A stretch of DNA of 64,000 bases from a virus. Taxonomy: Duplodnaviria; Heunggongvirae; Uroviricota; Caudoviricetes. Each line of letters opens with the position of its first letter. Within the stretch, counting starts at the first letter, position 1. Shown piece after piece: positions 52,965 through 62,361 of the stretch. Location of the stretch: IMG/VR virus record IMGVR_UViG_3300042514_001345, one strand, 5' to 3'. Both the position numbers and the translations under genes were made by a program. The notes below the pieces were generated by a model. That model was not told the DNA's origin, did not search any database, and was given only the letters and a program-made list of their open reading frames with translations.

Positions 52965-55067
52965 ATGGCAGTAGGAGCAAGAATAACAAGTACACACCTG
53001 AGTGGTAAAACGGCAACAGTGACGTTTGTACCATATACAGGGGCAACATCGGGTACAACTCAAAACCTTGGAACTAAGGTAATCCCTTTCAATAACATCA
53101 CCACACACCCGTATGGTGTTTATAATTTATACTTTGCTGAATATGATTACACATACACGTTAACCATACCACAACCAGATGCAAGTGTTCAATCGTTTGT
53201 TTATCAAAATAGAATGGTTGGTTCTGACAACTACGGTGCTGCGTTTTTAAATTTTGATGTTTTAACCGCAGAAATTATTGACTTAGGTGTTGATACTAAT
53301 GTATGGAATAATCAGAATATATATGTGTTAGATAATTCAGGTTATATGCACTATTTCACAGGTGTTGACGATGGTGATGATAGATTAGTGATATTCACAA
53401 ATGCCATTCACGAAGAAATTGGAAGATATAGTGGTACAACTAATGGTTATAGTGGTGACGATTTAGATGGTAAGTGGGTTACATTTGAAGATGAAGATAA
53501 TGGTGTGTTGACTTACTCAGATGGTGTGTCAGTATACACATACACTTGGAATCCAGATATATATAGTATCGATATTGAGTGGAATTATGATGCAACCACG
53601 TCCGATGGTACAATGATTATCGAAAAATGGGAAGTTGAACCTTTAAGTGGGTGGACATACAATGGACCGGGTACATCACACATAGTTAATCCAACTGACG
53701 GTACAACAACTTTATTTAAAACTTGGACAGATGGAACATACATTAGACATAAAATGACAAATTCATCTGATTTTATTGCTGTTTTAACTGAAACTCAAGG
53801 TTCCTCAAACGTGTACACTAATTTTGAAATATATAACACAAGTGGAACCATTTTAGAGACGGTTTCATTAACTGGTGCCACATATAGCAATTATAATGAC
53901 CAATTTCACGGAACAAACAAATATACCATAATACTCTATGATAATGATAATGTAGACACACCATATAAAATAATAAGTTATAATGGTAACACATCAAACT
54001 TAATTGAAACATCACACGCTAGAGGTACAGGATATACAGAAAACAATATAGATGGAGATTCTGGTTTATATCCAGATAGTGATGGAAATGATGGTGGTGT
54101 TGTAATAACTTTTTATGACACTGATAATTGGAATAATTTTGGTTCAGATGTTACATACTGTGACATTATGTATATGTTCAATAATCAAACATCATTTAGT
54201 ACATATACATTCGCAAACAACGAACCAAAAACAATTAATACTTGGGGTCAATTAAGTGACATTTATAGAGTTCCGTGTGTAAATGGTGATGGTATTGCAT
54301 CTATGTTAACCATTATGTCGGGTAGTACTCGTATAGAAAGTATGAATATTAGTGTATCTGGTGTTACTAATTTGAACTGGAATTCATTGGGTAATAGAAC
54401 GGCTGTACAAATTATGACAAACAGTAATAATAACGTAACTTACAAATTAATTAACGAATTAGGTGTTGTAATTGATGAAATAAACGATTACGGTTTAATA
54501 TCAGCTTATGCATCAAGTATGTATTCTTTTGGTGAAACCGCCTATCTTACAATCAGAACGGATGGTGACCTTGGATTTTATGTATATAGTGGTAGTACTG
54601 GATTTACCTCAACAGATTATTATAATGATTTAAGTTCAACAAATCAATATTCTTCAGGTACAGATAAGTACAATGGTGCAATGGTTTTATATAACACCGA
54701 CCAATTAGATTTTAGAGTGTTAACATCAACTGGAATAACTAATGAGTTTAGTTTCCCTGAGTATAATGATTTTGATATTTCAGTTGGTGAGAGCAAGTTT
54801 ATGTTTGTTTATAATGAAACTAACGGTGGTGTAACTAAAATAAGATTGTATAATTTTTCTGGAACACTATTAAACAGTGAAACAACAACTTGGACTAATG
54901 GTTGGGATGATACATATGGTGTTAAAGATAGATTTGTTGTTATGAACTATAATGGGGATGACACGGTTGAAGTTTATTTAGTTAGTGAAAATACTATTAC
55001 ATCAGTAACAACTCAAGATTATAGTAGTGAACAATCTACGAATGATTGGGTTTATCAAAATGACTAA
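52965..55067 (+). CDS. fiber/receptor-binding-like protein (700 aa) with a shared N-terminal domain
   Basis: The N-terminus (TSTHLSGKTATVTFVPYTGATSGTTQNLGTKVIPFNNIT...YNLYFAEY) is paralogous to that of 51806..52894. The rest is beta-rich and rich in Thr, Asn and Gly. Confidence 0.5.
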   Translation: MAVGARITSTHLSGKTATVTFVPYTGATSGTTQNLGTKVIPFNNITTHPYGVYNLYFAEYDYTYTLTIPQPDASVQSFVYQNRMVGSDNYGAAFLNFDVLTAEIIDLGVDTNVWNNQNIYVLDNSGYMHYFTGVDDGDDRLVIFTNAIHEEIGRYSGTTNGYSGDDLDGKWVTFEDEDNGVLTYSDGVSVYTYTWNPDIYSIDIEWNYDATTSDGTMIIEKWEVEPLSGWTYNGPGTSHIVNPTDGTTTLFKTWTDGTYIRHKMTNSSDFIAVLTETQGSSNVYTNFEIYNTSGTILETVSLTGATYSNYNDQFHGTNKYTIILYDNDNVDTPYKIISYNGNTSNLIETSHARGTGYTENNIDGDSGLYPDSDGNDGGVVITFYDTDNWNNFGSDVTYCDIMYMFNNQTSFSTYTFANNEPKTINTWGQLSDIYRVPCVNGDGIASMLTIMSGSTRIESMNISVSGVTNLNWNSLGNRTAVQIMTNSNNNVTYKLINELGVVIDEINDYGLISAYASSMYSFGETAYLTIRTDGDLGFYVYSGSTGFTSTDYYNDLSSTNQYSSGTDKYNGAMVLYNTDQLDFRVLTSTGITNEFSFPEYNDFDISVGESKFMFVYNETNGGVTKIRLYNFSGTLLNSETTTWTNGWDDTYGVKDRFVVMNYNGDDTVEVYLVSENTITSVTTQDYSSEQSTNDWVYQND

Positions 55068-55086
55068 AAATTAAAAAAAATAGATT

Positions 55087-55329
55087 ATGAAAATATTAGA
55101 TATTGATGTTAAAGTCATCAAAGACAAACAAAAAATTAAAAGTTTTCAAAAAACTTTTAACACTAATGAACCATTAACGGTTGAACACATTAAAGGTGTT
55201 ATTAAAAATGAAATGGGATTTCCATTTGAAATAGTAAAAGAAGAATTTTACTGTAAGTCAAATGAATTAAAAAATGAAGATAACGCACCATTTAAATCAG
55301 GTAACGAATTTATTTTAACAATTAAGTAA
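55087..55329 (+). CDS. small hypothetical protein
   Basis: 80-aa ORF. Confidence 0.3.
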   Translation: MKILDIDVKVIKDKQKIKSFQKTFNTNEPLTVEHIKGVIKNEMGFPFEIVKEEFYCKSNELKNEDNAPFKSGNEFILTIK

Positions 55330-55697
55330 TGGAATTTTTTATCAGACAAGGGGCAACAGACCCAATCCTTAAAATGAGATTGATTGATGACGGTAAAAAC
55401 GACAAGTCGTCCTTTAATGATCTATTGGAGAATTCTGACATAACATTTGAAATGTATGATGTTAAAACCGGTAATCCAGTTATTTTAAACGCAAATTGTT
55501 ATTTAACAACTAGAGACAAAAAATATAACCAAACAACCGATGAGTACTATATAACATATAGATTTACAACTCAACAAACAGATATTATTGGTAAGTATGA
55601 AGCTATTATATCAGTTCAATTTTTAGATACAAACTCAAGCCCGACAAACAAATTAATTTTACCAATTAGAGAAAAACTATACATTAACATTATTTAA
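55329..55697 (+). CDS. hypothetical protein
   Basis: 122-aa ORF with an ATGA-type overlap. Confidence 0.35.
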   Translation: MEFFIRQGATDPILKMRLIDDGKNDKSSFNDLLENSDITFEMYDVKTGNPVILNANCYLTTRDKKYNQTTDEYYITYRFTTQQTDIIGKYEAIISVQFLDTNSSPTNKLILPIREKLYINII

Positions 55698-58597
55698 ATG
55701 TTTGTGGTGTGATAAGCATAATCATGCCCATTTGTTTCAATTATCTCCTCATCATCATTATTCTTAACACTTTCTGCTTGAAATGATACAACTTTTCTAT
55801 TGTGTTCAACCCAGTTTTGGTCCACTAGTTGTAAGCTGTCCTCAACATACATAAAGAAAGGGTCTCTATTTATTTTATTCCAAAATAAAACTTCGCTATC
55901 TGATAGTGTCATTACTTCATCGTAACTATCTTGTCCGCCAGTTTTTAATGGAAATCCAGATGTTAATTCACATTGTAGTTTTGTAAAATATTGGCGATCC
56001 TTAGGGTCTTCAATTAAAATCGAGTCACGAATCTCAGGTTTAAACACCACTAACAATGGTTCAATCCTTTTGTTAAAGTTATTAATGTATCTAGCAACAT
56101 TATAATCACCAGTCATATTAGGATTATCCATTAAATCTTTTTCACTAATTCTATAGCAATTAATTTGAATGTAATCAGTTGGCATCGGTTTACCAAAAGC
56201 AAATTCATAATCCTCTTGTTGTTTTTTTGTTGCTTTTGTTATTTTTTGAACATCACCATCTGATTTTTTTACACCATTGTTTATGTAAAATATTGTTTCA
56301 CCCAAACCAGCAGGATAATTTTCTTTTAAAATTAATTCCATATGCGCTTGTCTAGCCATGGAACCACCAGATTTTGTTATCTTTTTAATATGTTTTCTAT
56401 AATCCTCAACACTTTGTTTTACACGAGATTTATTTGCAATCTTAGCTAAAGGTATTTTATTGTCAAACAACAATTCAAGTGTTTCATAATAATATTCTAA
56501 AAAACTATGCCCATCACCATTTAATAAGTAAACCAAACCAGTATCTAAAAATTCAACAACATATGTTTGTAATTTTTTTGATTTAATTGTATTCCCAGTA
56601 AGTTTTATTTTTTCTTTACCTTTCTTGATAAGTTTAATGATATAATTCTTTCTAGAAATATTAATACATGCAGGTGCGATATAATCAATATCTAAACTCA
56701 TTTCACCTCTCATAAAAATATCATTGAACTCAGCAGTATCCGCTTCAATTCCTTTGTATTCATTATCTAAATCAACCATCTCATTTAGACCGCGTCCAAT
56801 ATATGTATGTTCATCAATATCTACAGGTGTCTCAAAGTTAACACCATCGGTATCCATTACTAGTGGTTTGTATCCTTTCTTTTCAAAAAACATAATCATC
56901 ATACGAAGGCATTGACGCCCAGTACAAGTAATTGTTTCACCCATATTCATATCACCCCAGGGGAAAACTTGGGGCGCAGATAATGAACCAAAATATGCAT
57001 TAATAAAAATTTTAATCGGCAATTGTTTACGATCATACATTTCCGATTCGATTGGATTTGTATTTTTTAATTCGCCTGCTAATCTTTTATATTTTATACG
57101 AATATTTCTAAAATATTTTAACATTGATTTTTGTACCCCCATAACATCACATTCGGGGAATACATCATAAACCAATTGAATTGATGGATATAGGGATGCG
57201 TAGTCAAATTTAACAATATTCTTAGAGTAACCAACGTTTAACAATCGAGACAATCCACCAGTAATAGCTCTTTTACTATCGCGCGCGGGGATTGATAAAT
57301 TGTTTTCATATGACCAAGCCAACATTATAATTTTCCATAATGTTGCAGTACCCATTGTAGATATTCTTTCATATGTTGTAGGAACAACCTTGGAAAGTAA
57401 AAAAGATGCTTGGCTAAATGAGTCATCAACAACCATAGTTTCATACAAGTCATCGTCAAGATATTGTTCAACCACTCTTCGACCAGTCCATATTTCAAAT
57501 TTACCTGGATATTTTTCTAAAAGACCATCCGTACCTTTGTCACCAATTTTTTTAAATCCGCCGGTTTTTGGGTTAACATAATACGATTCGTTTTCTAAAT
57601 AAATTTTAGAAATAAATGCACCGTCAACATAAACACGATTTTCTTTTTCTTTCTCCAAATACGTGGTGATATATTTCAAACTCCAAGATTTGATTTCCGA
57701 ATTTATAGCTTGTGCCCTTCTGACTCCGTGAGCGATATCAATAACACTAAAACCCCATAACATAAATTGGTTATAAGGTTCAATCTCATTAGCCAACTTC
57801 AACATCCCCTCTTTGATTTTTATTCCTTGCTTTTCATTGAAAATTTTTGTGTGCTCTTCAATATTAATTCCTAATATTTCCGCACGTTTTAATATAAATG
57901 GAAAGTCAAAAGATGCTGAGTTATAACCTCCAATAATTGTCGGTTTAATTTCGCCAATTATTCTGAAAAAATCCTCAATAGATTTCTTTTCACCGTCATC
58001 ACCAAACGCATCTAATGTTTTAGTGTATCCTCGATTATCTTTAATTCCAATAAGAATTATTTTACATTTTTCAGGTTCTAAACCTGTTGTCTCAATGTCA
58101 AATACAAGTCGATGAACATCATTATAATCTTCAATACCCTTGAACAATCTTTTCTTTTTTTGAATTAAGAATTGTTCAACTGGTGTTAATATTGTAAAAG
58201 ATGATTTGTATTGTTCATCCCAAGGATTAATTCCACCTTCACGAAAAAACGCCATTAAGTTGGTATACGTTTTTAAACTTTTAACCAAATAGTTCAAACC
58301 ATCTTCTAACCTTTCGTTACCATGTGAATCTAATTTTTCAATTATAATCCCATGCTGACGCATTTTTGCTTTTTGTAATGATTTATTACCTTGATAAAAG
58401 TTGAAACCACTTAAATCACCCACCCAAAGAAATGGTGTGAGTGTGTCTGAAAGAATCATTTTACCCTTTTCAGGGTGCTGAATGATTTTAAAAATTGTGT
58501 TTGTTTTGTAATCGTATTCTAACCCAACAATATATTCTTCTGGGTCCGAACCGTTTAAGAAACTTTCGATTACTTCTTGTGATATTACCTCTGGCAT
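55694..58597 (-). CDS. family B DNA polymerase (T4 gp43-like) with 3-prime to 5-prime exonuclease
   Basis: Exo I motif FDIETTGL. Polymerase motif A DYASLYPSI, motif B KIFINAYFGSL and motif C VMDTDGV. Confidence 0.9.
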   Translation of the reverse strand: MPEVISQEVIESFLNGSDPEEYIVGLEYDYKTNTIFKIIQHPEKGKMILSDTLTPFLWVGDLSGFNFYQGNKSLQKAKMRQHGIIIEKLDSHGNERLEDGLNYLVKSLKTYTNLMAFFREGGINPWDEQYKSSFTILTPVEQFLIQKKKRLFKGIEDYNDVHRLVFDIETTGLEPEKCKIILIGIKDNRGYTKTLDAFGDDGEKKSIEDFFRIIGEIKPTIIGGYNSASFDFPFILKRAEILGINIEEHTKIFNEKQGIKIKEGMLKLANEIEPYNQFMLWGFSVIDIAHGVRRAQAINSEIKSWSLKYITTYLEKEKENRVYVDGAFISKIYLENESYYVNPKTGGFKKIGDKGTDGLLEKYPGKFEIWTGRRVVEQYLDDDLYETMVVDDSFSQASFLLSKVVPTTYERISTMGTATLWKIIMLAWSYENNLSIPARDSKRAITGGLSRLLNVGYSKNIVKFDYASLYPSIQLVYDVFPECDVMGVQKSMLKYFRNIRIKYKRLAGELKNTNPIESEMYDRKQLPIKIFINAYFGSLSAPQVFPWGDMNMGETITCTGRQCLRMMIMFFEKKGYKPLVMDTDGVNFETPVDIDEHTYIGRGLNEMVDLDNEYKGIEADTAEFNDIFMRGEMSLDIDYIAPACINISRKNYIIKLIKKGKEKIKLTGNTIKSKKLQTYVVEFLDTGLVYLLNGDGHSFLEYYYETLELLFDNKIPLAKIANKSRVKQSVEDYRKHIKKITKSGGSMARQAHMELILKENYPAGLGETIFYINNGVKKSDGDVQKITKATKKQQEDYEFAFGKPMPTDYIQINCYRISEKDLMDNPNMTGDYNVARYINNFNKRIEPLLVVFKPEIRDSILIEDPKDRQYFTKLQCELTSGFPLKTGGQDSYDEVMTLSDSEVLFWNKINRDPFFMYVEDSLQLVDQNWVEHNRKVVSFQAESVKNNDDEEIIETNGHDYAYHTTNI

Positions 58598-58690
58598 TTT
58601 TATATATTAAAAGTGACACATTATACTCATATCGAATGATATGATTTGTCTTGAACTTCAAATATACATAATTGTTCCTTAAATAAAAAA

Positions 58691-59806
58691 TTAGATTACG
58701 TTAATAGGTGCCGGCATTGCCCTATATTTTAATGCTTTGTTAAGATTTTCTGCCTCGTTACCCTTTCTTTCCATCATTTTGTCTGGGCGCAATCTTTCCA
58801 ATCTTTGCATTAATTCCTCGTTTAATTTTAATTTTTCGTCCTTTCCTTCTGTTAAAAGTGATTGATAATCAAGTGTTACTTCGCTATCTGGCACCTTTAA
58901 TGCACCAGAAAATTTACCATAAATTCTACCCAACGCTTCTTTAGAATAAGCGGTCGTATACTTTCTAACCCAGTTTTGTGCGGGTTTATTTAGTTCATCC
59001 CAAGCTAATTGTTCAACCATAACATCTGAAGGTAATTTTACAATACTTTTGTTGTCATCTATACAAGTATCTGGGTCGTTAAGATCATAGTACCAATACC
59101 AAACCTTATAATTCGTGGATGCTAATTTATTGAAATCGAATCTACCGCCTGGAACATTGTAAAGGTGAATGAATTTTTTACCTTCAGGACCTGCTGTAAT
59201 TCTATATGTTAAATCACCGCCAATTAAACGGTTTTTAATATTTCTGTCTTGCATTCTAAGTAACAAGTCATATGCTGGTAGCATAAAATAAGAGCCCTGA
59301 GCACCTACCTGAGCAAATCCACCAATACCACCAAAACCAACGCCACCTAGTCCACCAAAACCACCTAAAAACGGATCAACAATTGAATCACTCAATTCTG
59401 GTCTGGTAAACCATAATAACTCATTTATTTCTCTACCAGCGGGGATTTCGTAAACCTGAACGTTTTCTTGAATATCAAAATAGTCCTTTTTAAGTATGTC
59501 TTTACCACCGGCCTGTAAACCAACGATTTTAGAATAAGCATGAGAATATTGTGTTTCAAAATTCATATCCCTAGTAGTAAACGCCCTTGTAAGTGACTGT
59601 GTATCAACGTCTAAACCAACCAATGATGACCATTGAGATTCAATTAACCAGTCGTGGACTAGTTGCTCATAGTCGTTAATTGATAATTCTAGGAACGTAT
59701 CCATTTGTTCTTCCGTTAACTCAATACCTCTAACAGGCATACCTAAAAGGTGCAAAATCTGAGTATAAAGTTTTTCTTTTTCGGGGGCGCTAATAACTGT
59801 GCTCAT
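58691..59806 (-). CDS. hypothetical protein with a Gly-rich segment
   Basis: 371 aa. Contains FLGGFGGLGGVGFGGIGGF. Confidence 0.4.
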   Translation of the reverse strand: MSTVISAPEKEKLYTQILHLLGMPVRGIELTEEQMDTFLELSINDYEQLVHDWLIESQWSSLVGLDVDTQSLTRAFTTRDMNFETQYSHAYSKIVGLQAGGKDILKKDYFDIQENVQVYEIPAGREINELLWFTRPELSDSIVDPFLGGFGGLGGVGFGGIGGFAQVGAQGSYFMLPAYDLLLRMQDRNIKNRLIGGDLTYRITAGPEGKKFIHLYNVPGGRFDFNKLASTNYKVWYWYYDLNDPDTCIDDNKSIVKLPSDVMVEQLAWDELNKPAQNWVRKYTTAYSKEALGRIYGKFSGALKVPDSEVTLDYQSLLTEGKDEKLKLNEELMQRLERLRPDKMMERKGNEAENLNKALKYRAMPAPINVI

Positions 59807-59820
59807 ACTTGTTTTATTTC

Positions 59821-59828
59821 TATAAATA
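59821..59828 (-). promoter_or_regulatory. TATTTATA upstream motif (minus strand)
   Basis: 14 nt upstream of the gene start at 59806. Confidence 0.35.
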
Positions 59829-59856
59829 CCTTATTATTGGATAAATAAGTAAAAAT

Positions 59857-60069
59857 ATGAGCATATCAGAATATCTTTTTAACGCATTTAGTTATTGTGG
59901 GCAGAAAAACATCGATTTCCGATTAATCAATTCGGATTTAAAAGAAAACAAATACCATTTCGATGCTGAAAATAATTTAGTGACCGTAACCATAGGGGAT
60001 TACGATGATAAAGAATTTGTTAAAGTTTTAGAAGAAAACATGGAACAATTAAAACAGTCCTTTAAGTAG
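59857..60069 (+). CDS. small hypothetical protein
   Basis: 70-aa ORF. Confidence 0.25.
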   Translation: MSISEYLFNAFSYCGQKNIDFRLINSDLKENKYHFDAENNLVTVTIGDYDDKEFVKVLEENMEQLKQSFK

Positions 60070-61791
60070 TTCAGAAGCGAAGGTATCACTGTATTCACCA
60101 TCACCCATAACCTGATCAATAACATTTTTCTTTTTTTGTAAGATGTTATAGATGTTCATTTCAATTGTATTCTCAAAAACTGGGTAATAAACCAACACCG
60201 AGTTTTTTTGACCATAACGGTATGCTCTATCCTCGGCTTGTGAATGGTGAGCTGGCACAAATGATAAGTCATTCATAATAACCCCTTCTGCGGCAGTAAG
60301 AGTAATACCAACACCACCAGCAATAATGTTAGAAATAAATATTTTTACCTTATCTTCATTTTGAAATCTATCAACACTATCCTGTCTTTTTTCTTTTGAC
60401 ATTCTACCATCCAATATCACAGCATTTTTGCGGTATTTTTCATATAAAGTATCTAGTGTTGCGGTAAAATTTGTAAAAACAATAACTTTTTTACCTTGTT
60501 CAATAAATTTATCAATTAACTCACAAGTATACGGAATCTTCTCGATTGAAATCAATTGTCTAATTTTCATTAAACGATTAATAGTTACAGAAACACTTTC
60601 ATTCTTTTTACTTTCTTTTGAAATTCTCATAAACTCCTCAAGTTCGTCATCATAAAATGTGTTTTTTAGTTCGACAAAAATTGGTGTAATTATTTTTTCT
60701 GGTAAATCTAATATATCGGTTTTCATTCTACGCAGTATTAGATTTTTAGTTCTATCGCGCAATTCGTCCAAGTTACTAGCACCACTAGTGTTCCATATTT
60801 TTTTCATTCCAACATTAAATTGAAATCCTTTACAATAACGTCTAACATAACTTTGCCAGTTTAATGTTAAAGGTGAATTTGCGATTTTCAATAAGTTGAA
60901 ATAGTTAATAGGTCTAGAAGTCATTGGTGTTCCAGTCAATAACCAAACCTTAGGTATCTTATCTAGAATATCATTAAGTAATTTAGTTCTTTGCGCCGTT
61001 GAGTTTGAAATGTAATGCGCCTCATCAACAATTGCCAACTCAAACTTCTCATTCATTATTAATTTATACGCCTCACTATCTTCTGTGTTATCCGTCGTGT
61101 GGAAATTTTTAAGAATATCATAGTTGATTATATAGTAATCAAATGTGGACCCCCATTTCTTTCCTTCAATCAATAAAATTCTACGGTCGGTATAATTTTT
61201 AATTTCTCTTTCCCAGTTAATTTTAAGAGATGCTGGACAAACAATTAATATTTTTTTAACCCCGCTTTCAATTGATGCAATTACGGCAGATGTTGTTTTA
61301 CCTAGACCCATATCATCAGCCAAGATAAAGCGGTCGTTAACTAATAGTTTTTCAATCGCTTCTTTTTGATGATTCATCGGAGGTCTAACAGAATATTTTT
61401 CATAATCAATTACTCTGTTTAACTTTTTTTCTTCAGCCATTATTACCACCTTAGGTACCCATAACGCTTGTAGTTTCTCGGCGTCTAAAACTTTACCCCA
61501 TATGTGGTACGCCTTATCTGATTCACACAATAACTTTTCAATCCAAATTTTTTCTGGGGGCTTAACCAATAGTTTATCTTCCATTAGTTTCTCACCAAAA
61601 GTTTGAACAATATTCACATATTTTCTAGCCACTTTAGGAACCACATTTTGATATTTTATAATATAATCAGCTTGTGTTCTTGTTAATTTATAGTTCTTGG
61701 TGTCAAGTAACTTTTTCTTCCAATCAAGGATTTGGTTATTTGACCCTTCATATATTGCTAGTATTTCTCGAGCTTCAATTTCTGGTAACAT
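60049..61791 (-). CDS. SNF2-family helicase/ATPase
   Basis: Motif I DMGLGKT, a DEAH box (IVDEAHYISN), and a C-terminal helicase domain. Confidence 0.85.
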   Translation of the reverse strand: MLPEIEAREILAIYEGSNNQILDWKKKLLDTKNYKLTRTQADYIIKYQNVVPKVARKYVNIVQTFGEKLMEDKLLVKPPEKIWIEKLLCESDKAYHIWGKVLDAEKLQALWVPKVVIMAEEKKLNRVIDYEKYSVRPPMNHQKEAIEKLLVNDRFILADDMGLGKTTSAVIASIESGVKKILIVCPASLKINWEREIKNYTDRRILLIEGKKWGSTFDYYIINYDILKNFHTTDNTEDSEAYKLIMNEKFELAIVDEAHYISNSTAQRTKLLNDILDKIPKVWLLTGTPMTSRPINYFNLLKIANSPLTLNWQSYVRRYCKGFQFNVGMKKIWNTSGASNLDELRDRTKNLILRRMKTDILDLPEKIITPIFVELKNTFYDDELEEFMRISKESKKNESVSVTINRLMKIRQLISIEKIPYTCELIDKFIEQGKKVIVFTNFTATLDTLYEKYRKNAVILDGRMSKEKRQDSVDRFQNEDKVKIFISNIIAGGVGITLTAAEGVIMNDLSFVPAHHSQAEDRAYRYGQKNSVLVYYPVFENTIEMNIYNILQKKKNVIDQVMGDGEYSDTFASELLKGLF

Positions 61792-61835
61792 AATCTTTAT
61801 ATAGAAATATACGGAAAAACAAATACATTATAAAC

Positions 61836-61843
61836 TATTTATA
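61836..61843 (+). promoter_or_regulatory. TATTTATA upstream motif
   Basis: 4 nt upstream of the ATG at 61848. Confidence 0.4.
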
Positions 61844-61847
61844 TTGT

Positions 61848-62360
61848 ATGGATAATAAACTACCAATAACTAGATTAAGTAAATTTTTCTCAAACGAGGA
61901 TTTTGATTTACAGATACAAATAGGTCAAGAATATTTGCACGGTGATCTTAACATGAAATTGGTCCTTTTTAGAGTTGATAGACAAAAAACAGATACCGAT
62001 GGGGTTTATGGTGAGGTAGGTCTTGATGAAATCAAATATTTCCCACCAATCGAAGTTAACGCCTTGGTTCAAGTAGAAGCGTCTAAAAATAATTCATACA
62101 AAGCTGGTATGATGCGATATAATGAACCGGGTAATTTAACATTCTCAGTTTATATTAAGCATCTAAGTGAATTAGGGGTTGAAATTAAGTACGGTGATTA
62201 TATTGGTTATCCAGAAACCGAAAATAAAATGCGTTACTATACTGTGACAAACGATGGTAAGGTAACATCTGATAACAAACATAACTTGTTTGGTTATAAG
62301 CCGTATTATCGCACAATAACTTGCGCGCCAGCACAGGAACAAGAATTTAGAGGAGTATAA
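61848..62360 (+). CDS. hypothetical protein (tail-associated?)
   Basis: 170-aa ORF upstream of the sheath gene, preceded by the TATTTATA motif. Confidence 0.35.
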   Translation: MDNKLPITRLSKFFSNEDFDLQIQIGQEYLHGDLNMKLVLFRVDRQKTDTDGVYGEVGLDEIKYFPPIEVNALVQVEASKNNSYKAGMMRYNEPGNLTFSVYIKHLSELGVEIKYGDYIGYPETENKMRYYTVTNDGKVTSDNKHNLFGYKPYYRTITCAPAQEQEFRGV

Positions 62361-62361
62361 A

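Noticed and set aside
58628-58645. Palindrome TCATATC-gaat-GATATGA between the polymerase start and the next gene
   Set aside because: On the minus strand, where a terminator for the 58691-59806 gene would be needed, it has no convincing U-tract. It is kept only as a possible weak terminator or regulatory site and not listed as a feature.
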